This document shows, one piece after another, positions 56,756-64,000 of a stretch of 64,000 nt of DNA. The stretch comes from Bacteroidales bacterium (GTDB taxonomy: Bacteria; Bacteroidota; Bacteroidia; Bacteroidales; UBA932). The position numbers and the translations under genes were made by a program. How positions within the stretch are numbered: position 1 is the first letter of the stretch; each line of letters begins with the position of its first letter. The stretch is from assembly GCA_963666385.1 (NCBI GenBank), contig OY762808.1, positions 243,139-307,138 on the forward strand, in the 5' to 3' direction. Under the pieces are notes generated by a model. The model worked only from the letters and a program-made list of their open reading frames with translations. It did no database searches and was not told the origin of the DNA.

Positions 56756-59700
56756 ATGAAAAGATTCAGCCTAGTTATTGCAGTTTTCCTGTTTTCTGCC
56801 TGCAATATCCTGTTTGCCCAGGATATTCAAGTGAAAGGAACTGTGACTGAATTGGGAACAGACGTGCCAATGGCATTTGTATCTGTTCATCTTAAAGGAA
56901 CCACAAGAGGTACAACAACCCTTGACAATGGTTCTTACGTGATCAATGCTCCATCCAACGGAACACTTGTTTTTAGCTTTGTCGGCTATAAAACGGTAGA
57001 GGTGCCTGTAGAGAACAGGAGCGTTGTGGACGTAAAAATGGAATATGATGCCGTAACACTTGGAGAAGTTGTGATGGTAGCATACGGAACTGCACCTAAG
57101 GAATCCATTACCGGTTCCATCTCATCTGTAAATACAAAGGCGATTGAAAAGCGTCCTGTATCAAGTGTTTCAGGTGTTTTGGAAGGTCAGGCTGCCGGTG
57201 TGCAGGTAAACAACACTTATGGTGAGCCGGGTTCTGATGCAACCATCAGGATCAGGGGGTTTGGTTCTGTGAACGGATCCAATGCACCTCTTTATGTTGT
57301 GGACGGTGTTCCTTTCAGCGGAAACATATCTGACCTCAATCCACAGGATATTGAGAACATATCCGTACTCAAGGATGCAGCATCCTCTGCATTGTTCGGG
57401 AACAGGGCTTCCAATGGTGTTATACTTATCTCTACAAAAAGGGGGAGCAGCAACACAGTTCAACTTACTGCCAACGTAAACCAAGGTGTTTACAACAGGG
57501 GTATCAAAGAGTACGACAGGCTGGATGCCAAGGAGTGGATGGAAGTAATGTGGAAGGGTCACAGGAACAACCTTATGGTTTCCCAGGCAAATGACTACCC
57601 AAATGTTCTGGCTGCAAATGAAGAGGCAACCCGTACTTTGGTTCCTACTTACTTGAAGTACAATGTTTTCAGTGCCCCTGAGACTGCTTTGTTTGATGCA
57701 AACGGCAAAATGGTAAGCACAGCCAGGATACTTCCGGGTTATGACGATTTGGACTGGAACGATTACATTGAAAGGCTTGGTTACAGACAAGACTACACTG
57801 TAACAGGAAATGCTGCATCAGAAAAGAGCAGTTATTATTTTTCTGCAGGTTACCTGGACGAAGAAGGCTACGTGAAATCATCCGATTTCCAACGTTTCAC
57901 AGGAAGGGCAAACATTAGTGTTCAGCCTAAAAAATGGGTTAAGGCTGGCCTAACCTTATCCGGTTCGCACCAGATTTCCAACAGCACCTCTGGTGATGCC
58001 GGAAGTGCTTCTTCATTCATAAATCCATTCAATTATGCCCGGAACATGTCTCCAATATATCCAGTTTACTTGCATGATATGGATACCGGGGAGTATTTAC
58101 TGGATAGTGATGGGAACAAACAATATGACAATGGTAGTTTGTATGCCAGGCCTCAGAATATTGACAGGCATATAGTATGGGAGACTGAACTGGACATGGA
58201 CCGTACCTATAGGAACACATTGGGTAGCCAGGCTTTTGTTGATATCGATTTCTTGAATGATTTCAAATTCACCATCAAAGGTGATATAAGCCTCAGGAAT
58301 TCTGAAAACCAGAGCTATAATAATGCAACAATTGGTGATGGTGCCGGAAACAAAGGACGTGCAAGCCGCACTTTTTACAGGTACAAGAACTATACTTTCC
58401 AACAACAACTCACATGGAAAAAGGAGTTTGGGCTTCATAACGTGGACCTTCTTGCCGGTCACGAGAATTACAGCTACAACTACTCATATACCTATGGTTA
58501 CAAAACAACCGAGACTTTCGAAGGTGGTCCTGAGCTGATAAATTTCACTGAGATAACAAACCTGACCGGTTACCAGAACAACTACCGTTTGGAGAGTTAT
58601 TTGACTAGGGGCAGGTACAACTATGACAACAAATATTTTGCAGAGGCTTCATTCAGAAGGGATGGCTCTTCCAGGTTCCATCCAAACAACAGGTGGGGTA
58701 ATTTCTGGTCTGTCGGTGGTAGCTGGACAATCTCAAAAGAGGATTTCATGGCAGGTACCAAGCATTTTATCAACTCACTCAAATTACGTACTTCTTATGG
58801 TGAGGTTGGTAATGACGCTGGTGTAGATTACTATGGTTACCTTGCTTTGTATGGAATGGCACAGAATGCCAACATTGGTGCTGCCTACAAAACCCAGAAT
58901 GAAGCTGCGGATATCCTTTGGGAGACAACCAGTTCATTTGGAATCGGTATAGATGCAACCCTTTTTGACAGGATGAACGTTAGCCTGGACTATTTTGACA
59001 AAAGGTCAAAGGATTTGTTGTTTGACGTGAACCTTCCTTTGTCGGCCGGTGCAACTTCTACCTCTTCTGCAGAGGCTACGATAACCAAGAACCTAGGGTC
59101 GGTTTCCAACAGGGGATTTGAATTTGTAATTGATGCAGATATCATAAGGACAAAGGATTTCAACTGGAATGTTGGACTCAATGGTACTTACCTCAATAAC
59201 AAGATTGTAACCCTGCCTGAGCAAAACCGTGAAAAAGGAATAATCTCCGGAACCAAGAGATATGTAGAGGGTGGTGGAATATACGATTTCTGGATGTACC
59301 AGTTTGTAGGTGTAGACCAAATGACCGGTATGTCTTTGTACAAACCGGATATGGAAGCATATTACATAGGAGAGGCTGTTGAAGGAAAAACTGAATTCCC
59401 TGCTGAATATCTTGTCCAAATAGATGATGACTACTATTCAACCAACGCTTCATACTCAATGAAGGATTGGAGTGGAAGTGCAATACCAGATTTTTATGGT
59501 AGTATCAATACAACTTTGAGTTACAAGAATTTTGATTTGTCTGCTTTGTTCACATACTCTTTGGGTGGCAAAACAATAGATTACTCCTACCGAGACCTTA
59601 TGTCTGTAACTGCAAACCCAAGTGCATTGCACAAAGATTTGCTCAATGCATGGGATGGAGTACCGGGTGAAGGTGTCTACACCAGTGCAAACAGGATTGA

Positions 59701-60001
59701 CCCTAACGGGATCCCTATGCCAAACTACGACCAGAGCAAATTCACCGATGCTGTTTCCAGCAGATGGTTGATTGATGCATCTTATTTTATTGTCAAAAAC
59801 ATAGCTTTGAGCTATACCCTACCAAAAAGGATTGCTGACAAAATGGATATATCGGGCATGTCTGTGAATTTCTCCGTGGACAACCTTGCCACATTCACAA
59901 AATTGCAGGGTATGAACCCACAGCAATCGTTTGCAGGAACCAATGACAATGCTTTTGTTACAGCACGGGTATTCTCGCTTGGCCTGAATATTAGATTATA
60001 A
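56756..60001 (+). CDS. SusC/RagA-family TonB-linked outer membrane protein
   Basis: Signal peptide and carboxypeptidase-regulatory-like domain (IQVKGTVTE...FSFVGYK). Plug region (IRIRGFGSVNGSNAPLYVVDGVPF). About 1080 aa, ending in the terminal LGLNIRL barrel strand. Confidence 0.9.
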   Translation: MKRFSLVIAVFLFSACNILFAQDIQVKGTVTELGTDVPMAFVSVHLKGTTRGTTTLDNGSYVINAPSNGTLVFSFVGYKTVEVPVENRSVVDVKMEYDAVTLGEVVMVAYGTAPKESITGSISSVNTKAIEKRPVSSVSGVLEGQAAGVQVNNTYGEPGSDATIRIRGFGSVNGSNAPLYVVDGVPFSGNISDLNPQDIENISVLKDAASSALFGNRASNGVILISTKRGSSNTVQLTANVNQGVYNRGIKEYDRLDAKEWMEVMWKGHRNNLMVSQANDYPNVLAANEEATRTLVPTYLKYNVFSAPETALFDANGKMVSTARILPGYDDLDWNDYIERLGYRQDYTVTGNAASEKSSYYFSAGYLDEEGYVKSSDFQRFTGRANISVQPKKWVKAGLTLSGSHQISNSTSGDAGSASSFINPFNYARNMSPIYPVYLHDMDTGEYLLDSDGNKQYDNGSLYARPQNIDRHIVWETELDMDRTYRNTLGSQAFVDIDFLNDFKFTIKGDISLRNSENQSYNNATIGDGAGNKGRASRTFYRYKNYTFQQQLTWKKEFGLHNVDLLAGHENYSYNYSYTYGYKTTETFEGGPELINFTEITNLTGYQNNYRLESYLTRGRYNYDNKYFAEASFRRDGSSRFHPNNRWGNFWSVGGSWTISKEDFMAGTKHFINSLKLRTSYGEVGNDAGVDYYGYLALYGMAQNANIGAAYKTQNEAADILWETTSSFGIGIDATLFDRMNVSLDYFDKRSKDLLFDVNLPLSAGATSTSSAEATITKNLGSVSNRGFEFVIDADIIRTKDFNWNVGLNGTYLNNKIVTLPEQNREKGIISGTKRYVEGGGIYDFWMYQFVGVDQMTGMSLYKPDMEAYYIGEAVEGKTEFPAEYLVQIDDDYYSTNASYSMKDWSGSAIPDFYGSINTTLSYKNFDLSALFTYSLGGKTIDYSYRDLMSVTANPSALHKDLLNAWDGVPGEGVYTSANRIDPNGIPMPNYDQSKFTDAVSSRWLIDASYFIVKNIALSYTLPKRIADKMDISGMSVNFSVDNLATFTKLQGMNPQQSFAGTNDNAFVTARVFSLGLNIRL

Positions 60002-60020
60002 ATTTGTAAATCAATTAGCT

Positions 60021-61544
60021 ATGTATAAGTTTAAAAAAATATTATTTTTAATTGCCGGTTTGGTCCTATTGGCTTCATGTGCCAAGGATTACCTTGATAC
60101 AAAGCCCACTTCCAGCACCGCTACCCCCACGATTTTCGAAACTACACAGAATGCTGCATTGGCAATCAATGGTATCAATAAATTGATGACAAGGCAATAT
60201 TTAAGTACACAAGGGTTTAATGGAGAGGGTACAATAAAAATGTTGTATGGGAACTATCCTGGGGCACATTTTTATGTGAACCTTCCAGGTTGGGCTTCCA
60301 TTATCAATGCTCTTTATCATGATAATACATCAAGTAGTTATTTGTATTATCCATGGTACTACTATTACATGATCATTGGTAATGCAAACACAATCATCCA
60401 TAACATAGATGATGCAGAAGGTCCTGAAGCAGAGAAGGAATTCATAAAAGCACAGGCACTTACTTTCAGGGCATACAGCTATTTCATGCTTTCACAATTG
60501 TATTGTGTAAGATGGGTTGATTCCAACAATGGTGCTTCAGAAGGATTGGTGTTGAGGCTGGATGAATCTACAGGAGAGATGCCGCTTTCTACTTTGGCCG
60601 ATGTGTACAGTCAGGTTTACGACGACCTTGATGTGGCTATCGACCTATACACATCATCTGGCTTGACAAGGGACAACAATTACGATCCCGATAAAAATGT
60701 AGCGTACGCTGTTTATGCAAGGGCTGCAATCACGCGCCAAGATTACCCTAAGGCTGCAACCATGGCCGCAAATGCCAGGAACGGTTACCCGTTGATGAAC
60801 AACAATGCATACAAGGCTGGTTTCTATACCCCAACAAGTGAGTGGATATGGAGTAGCTATGGTGCACCGGATGAAACGTTGTATTACTATTCGTACCATG
60901 CATATATCGCATACAATTCTAACGCAAGCAATGTCAGGAACTATCCTAAATGCATCAGCCGTGAACTTTACGAAAAGATTCCGGATTCCGATATCAGGAA
61001 AGATTTGTTCCTTGATCCTAACGGTATTACTTATGACACTGCGACCGGAAGAGGCGGTTCTGCTTTGAAGAATTATGCTGTCAGTTTGTACCCTAACTTA
61101 TATTCAACTGCCGTTGCCTATGCATATATGCAGTTCAAGATCGCAGCAGAGGACCTTCCGGGAGTTGGTAACCTGAACCATTTCCGTTCTTCCGAAATGT
61201 ACCTCATAGAGGCAGAAGCCAAATATTTCCAAAATGACTTTGACGGTGCCCAGGATGCTCTGGAAACCCTAAACAGGGACAGCGGAAGGGATACTGAATA
61301 CAGTTGTGACAAAACCGGAGCTGCTCTGCTTGAAGAGATCAAGACTTACAGGGCAATTGAGCTTTGGGGAGAAGGTTTCGACTGGTTTGACCTAAAGAGA
61401 TGGAAAGATCCTGTGGTTAGGAAAACCCATGCAGACGGAGGTAACTTTTTGTCTACCCTGGCTGTTACAGTACTGCCAAATGAACAAAACAACTGGACTT
61501 GGAGGATACCTCTCAAAGAGACTGACTACAACGATGCCTTGTAA
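60021..61544 (+). CDS. SusD/RagB-family nutrient-binding outer membrane lipoprotein
   Basis: Lipobox LLASCAKDYLD. The TPR-like helical core and the C-terminal ELWGEGFDWFDLKRW motif are typical of SusD homologues. Sits directly downstream of the susC-like gene. Confidence 0.9.
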   Translation: MYKFKKILFLIAGLVLLASCAKDYLDTKPTSSTATPTIFETTQNAALAINGINKLMTRQYLSTQGFNGEGTIKMLYGNYPGAHFYVNLPGWASIINALYHDNTSSSYLYYPWYYYYMIIGNANTIIHNIDDAEGPEAEKEFIKAQALTFRAYSYFMLSQLYCVRWVDSNNGASEGLVLRLDESTGEMPLSTLADVYSQVYDDLDVAIDLYTSSGLTRDNNYDPDKNVAYAVYARAAITRQDYPKAATMAANARNGYPLMNNNAYKAGFYTPTSEWIWSSYGAPDETLYYYSYHAYIAYNSNASNVRNYPKCISRELYEKIPDSDIRKDLFLDPNGITYDTATGRGGSALKNYAVSLYPNLYSTAVAYAYMQFKIAAEDLPGVGNLNHFRSSEMYLIEAEAKYFQNDFDGAQDALETLNRDSGRDTEYSCDKTGAALLEEIKTYRAIELWGEGFDWFDLKRWKDPVVRKTHADGGNFLSTLAVTVLPNEQNNWTWRIPLKETDYNDAL

Positions 61545-61571
61545 TTAGGTATAAAGTATTACTATAATAAA

Positions 61572-61606
61572 AGAAGCTGCCCTTTATGGACAGCTTCTTT
61601 TTTTTG
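61572..61606. terminator. bidirectional rho-independent terminator between the susD-like and slyD genes
   Basis: agaagctg-11 nt-cagcttct is flanked by an A-run upstream and T8 downstream, so it is functional in either orientation. Confidence 0.65.
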
Positions 61607-61623
61607 ATATACAGTATTGTCTA

Positions 61624-62154
61624 TTAACAGCCGGAGCAACCGGAGCAGCCACCATCGCCACATGAAGATGATGCTTTTTCACCAAAAAGGCCACTGGCCA
61701 ATTCTTCCTCTGTAGCTTCCCTTACCTCTACAACCTCACCTTTGAAGTTGAGTTCGGACCCGGCCAAAGGATGGTTGAAGTTCATAACCACAGATTCATC
61801 TTTGATTTGGTCTATGGTACCTTGAAGACGGTTCCCTTCTGAATCCTGCATAGGCAGCACATTGCCAACAGTTAGAAGGCCCTCTTCTATTGCACCGTCA
61901 ACCATGAACATATCTTTTGGCAATTCAACAATCGCATCGCTGTTTACCTCTCCGTAACCCTCTTTTGCAGAGAGTATGAAATCAAATCCATCACCAATTT
62001 TCTTGCCAGATACATTCTCTTCAAATTTGGGCAGCAAGTAACCTGTTCCGAAAATAAATTTGAGAGGATTATCGGCATTGACTGTCTCAATGACATCTCC
62101 ACCAACTGTAAGTGTGTATGAAAGTGATACTACTTTGTTTTTTCCTATTTCCAT
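61624..62154 (-). CDS. slyD: FKBP-type peptidyl-prolyl isomerase SlyD-like with Cys-rich C-terminal tail
   Basis: FKBP core with IF insertion (YTLTVGGDVIE...FIFGTGYLLPKFEE...NHPLAGSELNFKGEVVEV). The tail is SSSCGDGGCSGCSGC. Confidence 0.85.
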   Translation of the reverse strand: MEIGKNKVVSLSYTLTVGGDVIETVNADNPLKFIFGTGYLLPKFEENVSGKKIGDGFDFILSAKEGYGEVNSDAIVELPKDMFMVDGAIEEGLLTVGNVLPMQDSEGNRLQGTIDQIKDESVVMNFNHPLAGSELNFKGEVVEVREATEEELASGLFGEKASSSCGDGGCSGCSGC

Positions 62155-62200
62155 GGATAAATTGTTTTGATTAAAAAAAGTTGTTTATGCAAATATTATG

Positions 62201-63628
62201 CTAAGATTTGTTGCGGGATATTTTATAGCCAATTGCTGCAACAATAATTGTTATTACCGGTGTTATAAGGTTAAAGAAACAGTAGGGCAGGTAAGCCAAA
62301 GTTGCCACGTTTAAAACACTGGACTGCACAACCCCGCAAGTGTTCCAGGGAACCAGCACAGAGGTGACTGTTGCAGAATCTTGTAACGTGCGGCTTAACA
62401 ACCTTGGTTCGTAACCAAGTTTTTTGTATGTTTCGGAGAACATTTTTCCCGGCAGCAAGATTGCCATGTATTGGTCAGAAAGTGTCATGTTGAAAAAGAT
62501 TGTGGTTCCTACTGTAGAGGAGACCAAACTGACTGTGTTCTTCATCAAATGCATCATCTTTTCTGTGATTGTCTGTATCATCCCGCTTGCTTCCATAACA
62601 CCACCAAAGGTGACAACACAGAGGATGATCCACACCGTGTTGAGCATACCCGACATACCACTTGTAGAGGTCAGGTTGTTTAACATGGCATCTCCTGTTT
62701 CTATGGATACATTGGAAGAGAGCATTTTAAGGGATGAATAGAGGAATGTTCCTGTTTTTGAGAAATTGTCAGGTGATATTTGTGCACAAATCTGTGGTTG
62801 GAACAAACAAGCAACCAAAGCACCAAGCAGAGCAGAACTGAACAATGTTATAAACGGAGATACTTTTTTTACAATCAGTGTGATTGTGAAGACTGGAACC
62901 AGCAATAGCCAAGGAGAAATATTGAAAGTCCCCTCTATAACATTCAATTGGTTGCCAATGTCAAGGGCATTGTTTACAGGCAAAACAAAACCAACTATGG
63001 TGAAGAATACGACAGATAACACAAACCCCGGGATTGTAGTTACCAGCATATATTTCAGATGCACGTAAAGATCAACTTCTGCTACAGATGCAGAGAGGTT
63101 TGTGGTATCTGAAAGTGGGGATATCTTGTCTCCGAAATAGGCTCCGGAAATGATTGCACCTGCCAACCAAGGAGCCGGGAAACCGAGGATTTGCCCGGCA
63201 GAAAGCATAGCAACTCCTATGGTTCCTATTGTTGTCCAAGAACTTCCTGCCATGACTGATACCATCCCGGACAATAAAAATGCAACCAGCAGGAAAACAG
63301 AAGGGCTTATTATTTTCAATCCGTAGTAGATCATTGCCGGGACAACCCCGCTTATCATCCACGATCCTGTCAAAGCGCCTATCATAAGTAATATGAATAT
63401 TGCCGGACCGGTTTTGGTCAGATGGTCCATCATTCCCGCCTCAAGCTTATCCCATGGGATTTTCAAATGGACCAGAGAGATTACAGAAGCTAAAACAGTA
63501 GTGAAGATCAATGCAATTTGGGATGGACCGGATGTCACATCTTCTCCAAACATCCTTACACCTGCAAAAATTATTGCAATCAACACTAGTACAGGTACAA
63601 GGGATACGATTATTCCAGGTTTCTTCAT
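62201..63628 (-). CDS. nhaC: Na+/H+ antiporter NhaC family
   Basis: 475 aa with about 11-12 TM helices. GSSWTTIGTIGVA and SDTTNLSA resemble NhaC-family motifs. Confidence 0.8.
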   Translation of the reverse strand: MKKPGIIVSLVPVLVLIAIIFAGVRMFGEDVTSGPSQIALIFTTVLASVISLVHLKIPWDKLEAGMMDHLTKTGPAIFILLMIGALTGSWMISGVVPAMIYYGLKIISPSVFLLVAFLLSGMVSVMAGSSWTTIGTIGVAMLSAGQILGFPAPWLAGAIISGAYFGDKISPLSDTTNLSASVAEVDLYVHLKYMLVTTIPGFVLSVVFFTIVGFVLPVNNALDIGNQLNVIEGTFNISPWLLLVPVFTITLIVKKVSPFITLFSSALLGALVACLFQPQICAQISPDNFSKTGTFLYSSLKMLSSNVSIETGDAMLNNLTSTSGMSGMLNTVWIILCVVTFGGVMEASGMIQTITEKMMHLMKNTVSLVSSTVGTTIFFNMTLSDQYMAILLPGKMFSETYKKLGYEPRLLSRTLQDSATVTSVLVPWNTCGVVQSSVLNVATLAYLPYCFFNLITPVITIIVAAIGYKISRNKS

Positions 63629-63631
63629 AGT

Positions 63632-64000
63632 CTATATGCCGCTAAAATTGACGTTTTCGAATGCTAATGTGGGAATGAGCCATCTACTGCTTGTTCTGGG
63701 GTCGTTTCCGATATCAATGAGGTTGTTCCAAAGGGTGATTATGTTCCCTGTTATGTTTATTTCATTCACAGGATGTTTTATTACCCCGTTCTCGAACACA
63801 AATCCTTCTGCACCAAAGGAAAAGTCACCGGTAGAACTGTTTGTGTTCCCACCATTGAACCCTGTGACCAATACTCCGTTCCCGCAATGTTTCAGGATTT
63901 CACCAAGGTCCCTTCCAGATGGGTTATTGCCTGGAGATTCTGAATATTTGCACATTGGTACGGATGGCCCCTCTATTGTCACTGGCATCTTTAGTTTTTT
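63632..64000 (-). CDS. TldD/PmbA family metalloprotease, C-terminal part (5' end beyond the window end)
   Basis: NSSTGDFSFGAEGFVFENGVIKHPVNEINITGNIITLWNNL is the conserved PmbA/TldD C-terminus. The reading frame stays open upstream of Met 63988 to position 64000. Confidence 0.8.
   Translation of the reverse strand, partial: KKLKMPVTIEGPSVPMCKYSESPGNNPSGRDLGEILKHCGNGVLVTGFNGGNTNSSTGDFSFGAEGFVFENGVIKHPVNEINITGNIITLWNNLIDIGNDPRTSSRWLIPTLAFENVNFSGI

Noticed and set aside
57170-57790. 206-aa antisense ORF inside the susC-like gene (also 58097-58462 and 59093-59483)
   Set aside because: These are shadow ORFs within a strongly supported TonB-linked receptor gene.
1-64000. Search by eye for CRISPR arrays, transposase/IS ends, integrases, reverse transcriptases, toxin-antitoxin pairs and restriction or defence genes
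   Set aside because: None was recognised. Every ORF over 100 aa outside shadow frames has a housekeeping, envelope or transport assignment or is a conserved hypothetical. The only repeats found are the 66-bp units at 14237-14378 and the in-gene 15-bp repeats in dsbD.

Overview
This window looks like a syntenic housekeeping stretch of a Bacteroidota (Bacteroidales-like) chromosome of moderate to low GC. The taxonomic call rests on four things seen in the sequence. There is a SusC/SusD pair and a type III glutamine synthetase. A nusB-yajC-ybbR-coaE block is present. The Bacteroidetes -7 promoter motif TAnnTTTG recurs 16-60 nt upstream of many predicted starts and RNA 5' ends. I call about 50 protein genes, mostly translation/tRNA modification, cell-envelope and peptidoglycan turnover, cofactor and transport functions. 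I also call four structured RNAs: tRNA-Cys(GCA), RNase P RNA, SRP/4.5S RNA and a TPP riboswitch. Several rho-independent terminators are visible. I see no CRISPR array, transposase, integrase, phage gene, toxin-antitoxin pair or recognisable defence system. I cannot point to a convincing novel multi-gene system. The leads worth a second look are local oddities. (1) A G-poor CA-rich repeat module sits boxed between two terminators beside tRNA-Cys. (2) The adjacent DsbD-like gene is GC-shifted and carries three low-complexity inserts built from 15-bp tandem repeats. (3) A 491-aa Asp/Glu-racemase-like protein carries a lipoprotein signal. (4) An orphan 695-aa KamA-family radical SAM protein stands alone. 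(5) A YfcH-type gene is split at an A-run. All functional calls come from motif recognition by eye in the supplied translations, with no database search run.
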